From positions 14,446,001-14,510,000 of the forward strand of contig NW_024704756.1 of assembly GCF_018977255.1 (NCBI RefSeq): a stretch of 64,000 nt of DNA, read 5' to 3'. The notes under the pieces were generated by a model. That model saw only the letters and a list, made by a program, of their open reading frames with translations. It was not told the DNA's origin and did not search any database. Shown one piece after another: positions 51,138 through 62,112 of the stretch. The translations under genes and the position numbers were made by a program. The stretch is from Callorhinchus milii. Taxonomy: Eukaryota. Within the stretch, counting starts at the first letter, position 1; every line of letters starts with the position of its first letter.

Positions 51138-52239
51138 CGTTGGAGTCTTGTGCCAGCGTGGAGCTGTCTCTTGGGTTGCTCTAACTTTGTACATCTCGAC
51201 AATAGAAGCGGACTCTTTGACAGGAGCATGAATTTACTTGACCTAACGCAGTCACCACTTTAAATGTAAGGTTAACTCATCATTAGTTGATGTGCTTTGA
51301 TGACTCCAGGGGTTGTTGAAAAGAATGCTCACGGAGAAACCCAGGAGAAATGCTTGATGATTAAATTTACGATTGTAATGAATGGTTTTTAACATAATCT
51401 AGATCAGGTTTTATTGATGGTCATACCACAGAGTTATTAAATAACCGCAATGCAATAATAGATTTCCCTCGATCTCTTGTTAAAAAATAGGGCCTACCTT
51501 CAATATTTGAAGTTCACAGACAATATTTCAAGGACTTGTGCTTGCCGTGAATTAACCTTGGAATAGCGATTGCAAAATGCTTAGATTTTAATGTTTGCCT
51601 GACCATCCGATGACATCCATAGAGGAGAGATCTACGGCTTTATATGAGGTGGGGTGGGGGGGGGTTGGTTGAATATGTAGTGATTTGTAAGAGGATTTTC
51701 TAATAGTGACTGAGTTACATTCAGACTAGAATACCAAAGCCAACTACAGTTATTTCAAGAACAGTAGCAAGGCTTGAGGCCAAGAAAGGGGGAGGTGACC
51801 ATAGATGTGGTTGAAGAAGTAGCTCTTAATGTGGATTTAAAGATGGATAGAGAGGGAGCAATGTGGAGGGGAAAAGCAGGTTAGAGGCTGACACAGTATT
51901 AAAGTTACTGGTTTTATCTTGTAAGTTCTCACGAGAAAAACAAGATCACTTCTCTCTTTTACTGCAATTTCTTTTCCTCTCCCAGAAGCGAACGGTTTGC
52001 CGCTCTCGTGTTTTGGAAGGACTGAGGGACGTGGTGGGTTAATGCACTTGCTGTGTGGCCGAGGTTTGAATCCAGCCCAGTCTAACAGGAGAGTGAAAGC
52101 TTTAATGAGCGGCAATGTGAAAAAACTGGGGAAAGGAAAATCACGCAGAATCTTGAATCTTAAAATGGAATTGAGGAGGAGGTTGCAACTTTTTTCTGCA
52201 TTTGCTTTTGATCCGACACTTAACCATGTTGTCTGATTG

Positions 52240-52415
52240 TCTCAAAGGGCTTCATCGGACTTCCTGTAAAGTGTAGTGACTGTGGATCTTATAAGCAAAT
52301 GCAGCAGCCTATTTGCTCAGAGTAATGTCCCACAGACAGCCATAAGGGTGTTACCTGTTCAGATACCTGTTGTATCTGGGGGATTGCTGTCCAGGACAGA
52401 ACACTGGGAGAAACT
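52240..52415 (-). mobile_element. DeuSINE 3' fragment
   Basis: ctgtaaagtgtagtgactgt...atgtcccacagacagccat...ctgggagaaact. Confidence 0.65.
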
Positions 52416-53035
52416 ATCTTTGTTAATCTCAGGAATTAAAATTGGTGGTTCACCTTTTGAATAAATTAAACGGAATTCTGATTCCGTGGAGAAAAGCAAA
52501 GAGAGACAAGAAGCTAATGTCATCCTTTGATTAACATCTTTTGTTAGATTTAAGATTTTTTCCTAGCCCTGCGAGTTATTTTGACAGGTTCTGTTTGCAG
52601 AATTAATCGCGCGGAAATTCAATTCCAATCAGTCCTTAATAAACTGAGAAACTTGTTTGTCAAAAAACTTTCATTAATTTATCCCAATTAATGGGTAAAT
52701 ATTCATAGTCCTATTACCATAATTCAGATTGACGTTCAATAATGAATTTGCGAATTGATTGGCGCATGCCGCAGCGGAGAAAAAAAATACTTTTAGAGTT
52801 AGTATTCAGCTCAAATTGAGGTCAAGGAGTTCTTTCTTCCAACGGCACCCATCTAAATGATTTCATAAAGTGACACAAGATGCTATGATATTAAAAAATG
52901 CCATTTATCTCATTTAGTGTTGCTTCAAGCTACACAGCTTTAGCTACGCAATCTCCAGTGGTGGCCCCAATGCACGTTCTGGGGTCCCCAAGCTTTCGTT
53001 CTCCCCAACTTGCGCCTAATCCTCTCCAGAATTAG

Positions 53036-53153
53036 GTAAGCAGGGTGCATCCTTCCAGGGAGAGAGTGCGCACTCCAGACATAGGAATTTCCATGTGTAA
53101 GTGGCGTGCATGGGATTCTCTTACGAACGGTGATGGGTTTCCGCATGTGTCAG
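53036..53153 (+). repeat. Unclassified dispersed repeat, copy 2 (paralog at 41028)
   Basis: gtaagcagggtgcatcc...agtgcgc...tccagaca...tgatgggtttc...gtgtcag. Confidence 0.7.
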
Positions 53154-53494
53154 TCACGTGTGATGCACATCTTCACTTCAACATGTAGGAAGTTATTTGT
53201 TAAATATATTAACCTCTGAGAGAGTAAATCCTTCTTGTAAATGTGCTCCCGAAAGTTGCTAGAGCACCAATTTGTTACATAGTCCAATCCTGTGTAATCG
53301 AATTAGTAAATGCCATCATTCTTGGCTTTTGTGGTTATTCCACACTTCAAAATAGTTTATGTTTTTCAAACCAATTTAGGGCAATTTCAGGACAAAAAGC
53401 TTTTCTTTAGCCATTGGGTAATTAATGACCGAAACAGATTTGCCAGGAATGAGACCAGGACACTGGGACTTATTTAAAAAGCAGCTTGGTGCTG

Positions 53495-53600
53495 TAATGA
53501 GGGGCAGTAGAATGGGAGTTCTGGAGGGATGAGATCAGATAGGCAGAAGGGCCTTCTTTATCCAATCTAATCTTGTGATCTTCTGAAGGGAAGTGATCTT
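53495..53600 (+). mobile_element. CR1 3' tail
   Basis: cagaagggccttct...tcttgtgatc; paralogous to 54300-54378. Confidence 0.55.
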
Positions 53601-54109
53601 GTGATTTTTTTGACGTGAACACATGAATTTACAAGCCTAAAAAAGACCATTTCGGACAGTCTTCCGAGCCCCATTTTCAGAATATAATCATACCCTATTC
53701 TGAATCCATTATTCTACAATCTCTCTTGCTGTCATAAAAATATGGAATTAGCTCTTGAAAGTGCCCACATTCTCTGCACGCTTTACCCTGGGCAAACTGT
53801 TCCGAACATTTCCCACTCTCTCTGTAAAGTAACAAAAGATGAACTGTCTGTTCACATAGTATTCAAGTATGGCCTAAAGTGTGACATCCGTACGCAGTTA
53901 CCTCCTTTGCATTTGAACTCAAGATTCCTTGTTACACATCTTGAACGCTATTTGCCTCAACAGTAAATGTTGAGCTGGATTCAATGATCTGTCAAAACAT
54001 TTATTGAAGATTCCACCCCTCTCACCCCCCCATCATCCACATCAGCAGATCCACAGCGCATAAACTTTTATTCGCTAACATTAATGTTCTTTGACAGTAG
54101 AACAAAAGG

Positions 54110-54378
54110 ATGTAGTTTTAGACTTTCAAACGGCAATTTCAGGACATGCTAGGAATCATAGATACGAATATTACTAATAACTTCTTTACCTAGAGGGTAA
54201 TTAACAACTGGAACTGATTGCCAGGAAGGGTGATTGAGGCCAAGGTTGTTGGGACTCATTTAAAACAACAGTTTGATGGTGTGATGGGAGGATGATAATG
54301 AGAGTTATTCTGGAATGCTGAGATTGAATGGTCAGAAGGGCCTTCTTCTTCCTAACCTCTCTTGTCATCTTGTGATTT
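54110..54378 (+). mobile_element. CR1 3' end
   Basis: ttctttacctagagggtaattaacaactggaactgattgcca (FFT-RV-N-WN-LP), tail cagaagggccttct...tcttgtga. Confidence 0.65.
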
Positions 54379-55750
54379 ACCTAAATACCCAACCCTTCCA
54401 GATCCTTGAAGGCATCCCCTCCTATAAACATAGCCTCTTCATGTGCCATTCTTGATGTCTCTAAAGTTTGACCAACTATGTTCGGCTACAAATTATACAA
54501 TCAATCTGTATTGGGAGAGAAAAACCTGTGAAGTGCTTCGAGCTGCCTCGATGAGGTGATCAGATGCTGCATCAAATGCAAGGATCCCTATTTTACGCTT
54601 AATCAGCCACTTGGCCATATCATTTATAAACGCTGAGAAAAAAAAGACTGATGCTCAAAGTACTCCATCAGTTAAAACTTGGTTAATTCTCATTTATTGA
54701 CCGACTTCTATTCTCTACGCATTATGGCCTCTGATTTGTTGTAAGAAAATGATCTGGGAAATAGGTTTTTAATGTCAATTCTTGTAGCGTGGAGTGCAGT
54801 TTTTAATTTGTTTGTGTACCAACAACAACCTTGGGTCTTGCTCTTTAATCTAAACAGTGTAACTTTACGCAGAACCAAGTACGTATCGATCAGAGGGGTG
54901 TTGGGGGTCAACCCTTAGATTAAGACGGGGATTTAGAATTTTACTGACTCTTGAGGCACCGTTGAAAGAGACAGAGTCATTTTGAAGGTCTGAACGGATT
55001 GCTGTTCAAAAGGTGCGAGAGTTGAAACCCGTACTCTAACCTTACCCTGCCATAACATTTTTAAGGACTTTTTCAGCAAATGCAGCTAAAGACAGTCATG
55101 GCAGCGCTGTGGGAACCTGTGTTTTTGAAAGCAATCAAGCTGTTCACTGCACTACTGGCGCTCACATTAGAGTCCTAATGGCAACTCGTATTGGGCTATA
55201 AACTGGATGTTGCGAAATGTGGTGCAATAAATGTTGGATTGAGAATGCTGGATATAAAGAAGAGAGAGTTTCAGAGCAATAATACAATGGGGACGTTTAA
55301 CTGCCCACTACTGGCTTTCCACGGTGAGATTGGAAACAAAGACTGGGAGACTCTGATTATAAACACGCACCATCAGAGTTGCATTGCGGGAGAAATCCTG
55401 GGTTCACCTCTTCGAATCAACCTGAAATTTTCATGCCAGCGAGTTTAGAATATCTGATCAAAAAGTGTAACAGCCGTCGTCACAAGAGAGATTGATTGTG
55501 TTCACCTATAAAATACACAGTCCCTACTGTAATTCCTGTGAAGCGCTTTGAGACGTGAAAGGCGTTGCATGAAACACAAGGATAATTATACATTTCCTTT
55601 GCTTTTACCTTTCTTGGCAGACCAATGTTAATTAAAATAAATCCCGAACCATCAATGCCAAAAGCACAGGAGATTACAAGTATCCGAAGATCTATATTAA
55701 CTAGCAACAACAATGGAGAAGGAAAGCTAACAATTATTTCTCAGGAAGTG

Positions 55751-55780
55751 CGTGTGTGTGTGTGTGTGTATGTGTATGTG
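55751..55780. repeat. (GT)n microsatellite
   Basis: Direct reading. Confidence 0.85.
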
Positions 55781-56755
55781 AGGGGGGGTGTATAAGTATT
55801 AAAGCAGTCACTCAATACACTGATCTTGACTCTCCCAAAGACACTTATATTCAAAGTCACTAAAGCAAATATGAAATATGTATGGCCCCACGCCCTTCTT
55901 TGTCTGTGCCGTGATGTTGAGCTTGTGGATTGCAATAAATATCCCAGAATCAACACTGAGGGCAGATGCAGAAGTCCGACATGTGACCGTAAGGAATCTC
56001 CTCTGCATAACTGAGCATTGCTGTGAATTCAAAAAGTGTTCACCGCCGAGACCTGGGATTGGATTTATTTTTTTGGTGGGGGGAATGGGGGGGTAGGGGG
56101 GAAGAAAGGAGATTGATAGGGTGAAGGTCTTCTCTCACTGCCCACTGCAAAAGGATCCAGAGCATATAGGGAGTCCGTAAAGCACGGGTGAAGCTCTCAA
56201 GCTTTCACCTCCTTTGTCAGAGGACTCTGAGAAAATGAGAATTACCGATGGCCCCGGTTTGCAGGTTGGAGAGAAATTTTCTGCAGATAATAACAATATA
56301 TCCTGATTTCTCAATCTTTCACCTCCTCTGAAAGCGCACGCGCGCGCGCACACGCATGCACAAAACGCACAATCCCCTGAACTGCTCGCAACTTTGTTTT
56401 AAGCATAAGTGCTCCACAATGGGCTTATGATTGAGTGCTTATCGGCTTTTAGTGAGCAACCCAGGAATGGTGGTTTGTTATTGGGTGGTTGCGGCTTTTG
56501 GACGTGACCTGGTGATTTTGAAAGAGTAAAAATGTGTACCGTGCATTCTTTTTCAAATGGCTATGTTCTGTGACAAATTGCGCCTGTTCTGTGCAACCTT
56601 GCACACGACTGTTACTTTCTCCTACGAAAGCAGTCATTCCACTTTGTCGGCAATTGCTTTCGGGATAAGTGTTAAGACAATCTTGAGTTCTTTCTTCCTT
56701 TCTGAGCACATTCAATCTACACTCGGACCTGGTGAATTGTGCTCCGCTGTTTGAG

Positions 56756-57140
56756 GTGTGTCAGCCTGTCTCAGTATTGCCTTTGAGTCAGAAGGTTGTG
56801 GGTTCAAGCCCCGACTTTGAGCTACTGGTCTGGGCAGACACTCCAGTGCAAGTGCTGGAAGAGGAGGAGGAAGAGGGGTCTGAGTTGTTGATGGTGCTGT
56901 CATTCGGATGATACGTGAAACCGAGGTCCCATCTGCCTGTTTCGGGTGAAAGCAAAGGATCCCTCAAATTGCTCAAAGAGAAGGGAATTTCTCCCGGTGT
57001 CCTGGCCAGCAATCTCCCGGATACAATTAGTCATTCGCTTCATAGGTGTTTGTAGGGATGTTACCGTGTGCATATGTGCGACCACCGTGTTTGGCTGCAA
57101 ATACACAGCCACCGCACTTTACAGTAAAATCCTGTGAAGC
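56756..57140 (+). mobile_element. Near full-length old DeuSINE
   Basis: gtcagcctgtctcag...gagtcagaaggttgtgggttcaagcccc head; ttcggatgatacgtgaaaccgaggtcccatctgcctg Deu core. Confidence 0.82.
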
Positions 57141-58307
57141 CCTCTCACCAACGTGATGCATCAAATTATCATGATGTTCTTTGGTGTGTAAATGAAACCT
57201 CCCAGATATTGGTGGATTGACTTCTTGTTTCGCCGTTCGTCGAAGGGCTTTTGGGTTGATTGTGCATGTTTTAATTTTCCACAACAATCACAATGGGAAG
57301 GAGGGTTCGAATTCCTCTTGCTTGTGAGTGAAATTGACAACTTGGACTTGTCATCATAGTCATACTTCTCTCCAGAATTTCTCGCCTGAGTTGGAGTACA
57401 TTCCTAATAGCTCGTCAAAGAGATGAAATCTTAGATTTAATGCACACAGGACTCTGATAATGCACAATTGGCATAATTTACATCAATTCAGTCATAAGAA
57501 AAGCGAAAAATGTCTGTTTATATCAGTTATTCAGCCTTGAATGCCATTAACAGAGCATATTCATGAACCTGGGGGATAGCGTAAAGGGTTACAACAAGAA
57601 ATAAAACGTACGGTGTAATGAAAGATCATTTTATTGAGTTCTGTAGCACAACGGGAATAACAAAGAGTACCTTTCACTTGGACTGATGTTTAACGCAGCA
57701 CAGCTTGTGACAACAATTTCGAGTGAATTTTATCATTCATGGCAGTGGCTTTAGGATGCGAATCGATATGAACTGAGAAACCGTACAGTAATTATGTGTG
57801 GGTCTTTCATTAGCCTGGAGGACACTTTGCCATAGAAAATACCTAAATGAATAGTGGATGATTTCGCTGATAAGAATGCTTGCATTTAGACTAATAACAA
57901 GATGACTCTTTTTACTGAATTTATTCTTTTGCCCTTGTGAACTCTGAAACAATGTGGAAAACATAAATCCGCACTGTGTTACTTGTATTTAGTTCAAAGC
58001 AAAAGTTGGCTGAGGTCTCTAAAGTGCAGTGAATTGTGTCACGGTTGACAGGCTAGACTGTGAACAACACATAAATAAAAGGCATTTGCTGGAAAATCAA
58101 TCCAGCAAAGTTTCCACGTCGACAGCTCAAAAATGAAATTAATTTAAATTTTGACTTTTTTTTTCTTCAACTGTTTTGCAGAATTGGCTTATTTTAGCAA
58201 ATACAGCTGTATTGATTACAACATGGGTAACTCGAAATAATGGCTTAATTCCTGCTGCCCACAGTTCCTTCCAGTTTATTAACACCTTACTTGTTTGTGT
58301 CCGTGTA

Positions 58308-58422
58308 CGTTTCGCCCCAAAAATACACAGTCAATTCACTTTACAGTATAGTCTGTGAAGCACTTTGAGACTTCTCGAAATACGTGATAAGGTGCTGTAT
58401 CAAATGCAAGGATTATTTTTAT
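58308..58422 (+). mobile_element. (ATT)n-tailed SINE 3' fragment
   Basis: cagtcaattcactttacagtatag...cgtgataaggtgctgtatcaaatgcaaggattatt. Confidence 0.85.
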
Positions 58423-58612
58423 TACTTCTTTCACTATTGTTTTATTGTGGACGCCCCGATTTTGATTCTTTCTGATCCACGTTGGAGACTATTTTCTTTT
58501 TGAACAGGAACATTTCAGGTGATTAAAAAATCTGTCCTTGGAAATTTCCCGAGCTGCTGAATGAACCACACGAGAGAAACATTGAGGTTGTGTTTCTAAT
58601 CATCATAATAAT

Positions 58613-58840
58613 AGTAAATAATAATAATAATCCTTGCATTTGATAAAGCACCTCATCACGTCAACTAAGCATCCAAAATTGCTTTGTAGGATTTATTTTT
58701 AAGGTGAACTTGACATCCTGTTTAATACGCAGTGGTATACCACAAATGGTGATGAAGGGAACGCCCAAATATTTTATCTGGAGAATTGTTGTCCAGGACA
58801 CCAGGAGAACCTTCTGTTTTCCAATAGTGCTAAGGGACAT
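58613..58840 (-). mobile_element. DeuSINE 3' half running into the assembly gap
   Basis: aataatccttgcatttgata...gttgtccaggacaccaggagaacc...atagtgctaaggga. Confidence 0.65.
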
Positions 58841-58990
58841 NNNNNNNNNNNNNNNNNNNNNNNNNNNNNNNNNNNNNNNNNNNNNNNNNNNNNNNNNNNN
58901 NNNNNNNNNNNNNNNNNNNNNNNNNNNNNNNNNNNNNNNNNNNNNNNNNNNNNNNNNNNNNNNNNNNNNNNNNNNNNNNNNNNNNNNNNN
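58841..58990. other. Assembly gap (150 N)
   Basis: Run of n. Confidence 0.99.
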
Positions 58991-60254
58991 ACATGTGTTC
59001 AACTCCTGATTATACACACCTTCTCAACTGATTGCAGTGGAAGTAGTGGTGAGTCACTGAGAATGGTGCAATACAACACTGCCTTCTCCTACAAGGAGCC
59101 AAGTGTGATATTCATTGGGTGATCCATTGAGCAGAGCAAGCATTGTTGGTGAAATGTGCAGGTAGGACAACTAATTTGGGGATTCGCTGGCATTAATCAA
59201 ACTTACTGCTTCCACGCGCTTGTTTAGAGTCAAAGAGGTAACGATGTAAAATTGGGTTTGGAGACTGAGTCACCTATGTTCTTCTGAACTGGGTTTTATT
59301 TCAGTCGAAAGAGGTTTTACAAACCTAAAGAAGCATTTTAGTTTTGGCGCTAAAAAAAAATTAAACAAAACGCTCCCTCAGTTCCCGAGGGTTGGTGTCG
59401 TGCGCGGATCAGGATTGTGAGAGGAGCAAACGGAGCGGAAAAAACACCGCTGAACGCCACTGGAATGCAGGAGGAAAATGAACCCGAAAGGGTCGTGAGA
59501 AAGACAGGAGGCTATGGTGCTCAATGGTTGCGCATCTGCTGCCTCAAAACTGATCCAAAAATCCAATGAGAGAAGTTGTTCGCACATGGCTGGAGGGCAT
59601 TATGGCAAATTAATCCCAAAGGGAGGAACCTCAGAGTCGCACACAACAGCGCAGTTGGGTTTATAGTCCACGGCTGCCATAGACTTGCTTCGAAATTTTA
59701 AAAAGCGAATTGGTATAAGCACCACCCAAATGAACTTCTGCAGAGACAGAATGGGGCAACCATTCTCAGCTCGACTCGAAGGCTGTTTGGAGCACAGTGT
59801 AAACGAGTCGTGAGAATTGGGAGTACTGTTTGGTCCGTGGCATCCAAATACTGTTACTCCCTAAAGGTCTATAAATTTCTGTTGCTATGTTTGCTCCAGT
59901 CAGTCTAAACCAGCCAATTAAGCTCATTAAGGGGCTTGCTGTTAGTCCGACCAATCTTATACCTGCTCCTGCCTCCGTGATTTGGCTTGTGTTAATGTGT
60001 AGCGTTGTTTTAACCCCAGCTGCTGAGCTGGCGTTCATAGAGAGAACAGACTGTGAATTCTAATCACCAAGAGCGATTAATTAAGCATTTTTATTGTTCT
60101 GCACCTCAAAGTGGGACTGAGAAGGTGCCCCAGCTCAGTCCCTGTGTTTAGAGTGTTTCTGGCTCCCTCCCTCCCTCCCTTAAGTTCCATCTTGGGCGGG
60201 GAAAAAAAATGTTCCGTCAAAAGATGTGCCTCTTCGAATGCACTTTTGGTCATC

Positions 60255-60375
60255 TTTCCCCTCCCCCACCCCTTCCTTTGACTCCCACCCTCAGCTCGAG
60301 TGCCCGGTCACCAGTGTTAAGCGCTTTGAGACGTCGTCCTGACATGAAAGGCACTGTGTAAATGTAAAATGTATT
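60255..60375 (+). mobile_element. L2-type 3' tail
   Basis: Pyrimidine tract then aagcgctttgagacgtcgtcctgacatgaaaggcactgtgtaaatgtaa. Confidence 0.6.
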
Positions 60376-60929
60376 GTACTGTGCCAGAGGAAGTCCTGTA
60401 GAGACAGAGGGCGCACGTTTACATTGTCCAAAGACCACATCCATACTCCAATGGTTCCAATGAGCTGACAATCTCTTGTCATAGTTTGTCACCGCTCCAC
60501 CATCATCCACCCAGCTTCCATTGGCCCACATTTCTGGCATCTTTCAAACTACCTCCATCCTGAGCTTTATCAATCGCCTCGACCATCAGGGATGGTAGAC
60601 GATCTTACCAGTCTCCTGAACACTCATTGAGGTATGGTAGAAATGAGGACACTTATTGTATTTAACACACAGGTTATTAATGTGAGCTGCAATCATTCCT
60701 ATTCCCACATTGTTTTCCCCCTGGGAACATTGAGCTGCTGGATTGAATGTAGACGAGGCAAGTAATAATGTGAGGTCAGTTTCAATTAATAGTCCAAGTG
60801 ATGAGTGCGAGGTTACCTTTTGTCACTCAGTGCTGCTTGTTGGGACCGGTTGTGTAGGAAACTGTGAGGTCATGTCTTCGCCCACTTAAGTACACACAGT
60901 GACAATATTTTAAAGGCAATCCTATGAAT

Positions 60930-61062
60930 ATAATAATGCTTCAATTTGATATAACGCCTTGTCAAGTGTTGAGCCTTAGGGTTAGGGATATACTGTAAAG
61001 TGAATTGACTGTGAAGCGATTTGAGATGTCCTCCCGCCGTGAAAGGCGCTACATCAAATGCA
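60930..61062. mobile_element. Rearranged SINE tails (minus then plus) with internal (TTAGGG)2
   Basis: Minus tail 60930-61012, plus tail 61009-61062, ttagggttaggg at 60976-60987. Confidence 0.75.
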
Positions 61063-61219
61063 CAGAATATTTTTTATCTTAACAGGTACCCGTGTTGCGA
61101 AATTGATTTTTTACTCATTTTTAAAAAAAAAATGCAATTTCTATATATTCAGTGGTGTATAAATTAAACTATGAACAAAAGGAGTTTTTTTTATTTGGGG
61201 AAAATGAAGTGAAGCAGGC

Positions 61220-61546
61220 AATAATAATAATAATAATAATCCTTGCATTTGATATAGCCCTTTTCATGTCGGGAGGACATCCCAAAGTGCTTCACAGAAC
61301 ACACTGTAAAGTGAATTGACTGTATATTTGTGGGCAAACGGGGCAGCCAATTGCGCACAGTGATGTCCCACATACAGTCGTAGATTGAAAATGACCAATT
61401 TATTATTGTTTTTGGTTTTATGAGGGATTATTATTAGGCTCTGTGTGGAGTAAGGAAACTTGCCCAAGGTTTCACCCTCTGCCTGGAATTGAACTTGGGT
61501 CTCTCGCTTGCAAAACGAGTGCTCTAACCACTGAGCTACAGGACTC
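61220..61546 (-). mobile_element. Full-length young tRNA-Ala-derived SINE
   Basis: Reverse complement of the 31696/47263 copies including A and B boxes and (att)n. Confidence 0.92.
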
Positions 61547-61764
61547 TAAAGATGTGGAATGTCTTGCCGGGAAGGGTGGTTGAGGCAGAATCCATATTCA
61601 CTTTCAAAGGGAACTTTATAGATACCTTATATAAAAAAAAGGAGTAAACTAGAGCGGTATGGGGCAAAGGCAAACAAGTGGGATTGAAAGGATTGTTCAT
61701 TAAAATAGCCGGCACAGACACGATGGGCCAAATGTTCTGTGTTGTAAATTTCTACGGTTCTATG
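61547..61764 (+). mobile_element. CR1 3' end
   Basis: atgtggaatgtcttgccgggaagggtggttgaggcaga (WN-LP--VVEA)...gccggcacagacacgatgggcc...ttctatga. Confidence 0.8.
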
Positions 61765-61793
61765 AACCCTGCTTACTGTTGAAAAGTACTGTC

Positions 61794-62112
61794 GGAGTTC
61801 CGTAGCACAGTGGTTAGTTTGCTAGTCTCGCAAGCGAGAGGACCTGGATTCGATTCCTGGGCGGGACGAAACCTTCGGCAAGTTTCCTTACTCCACACGC
61901 CTCTATTTACCTATCAGTTAGTAGGAACCCGGGTTATTAGTTGATTGGCGGATCGCTTTCCGGGGGGGTAATAATCTCTCTCAAAAAAATGTGATCACTC
62001 AATCCACGACTGGGACACGATTGCTTTAGAATATATTCCATGAAGCGCTTTGAAATGTCTCAACGATGTGATAGGGAGCTATATCATATCAAATGCGAGG
62101 ATTATTATCATT
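61794..62112 (+). mobile_element. Long variant of the tRNA-derived SINE with extended CORE-like segment
   Basis: ggagttccgtagcacagtggttag head, gattcgattcc B-box-like, ccttcggcaagtttccttactccacacgcctctatttacctatcagttagtagg, same tail. Confidence 0.8.

Noticed and set aside
58661-59017. ORFs spanning 58661-59017 and 58704-59009
   Set aside because: Artefacts of translating through the 150-N gap.
3617-62112. Recurring ~36-nt hairpin as CRISPR-like repeats
   Set aside because: Copies are dispersed, on both strands, irregularly spaced and embedded in SINE/LINE tails; no spacers or cas genes.
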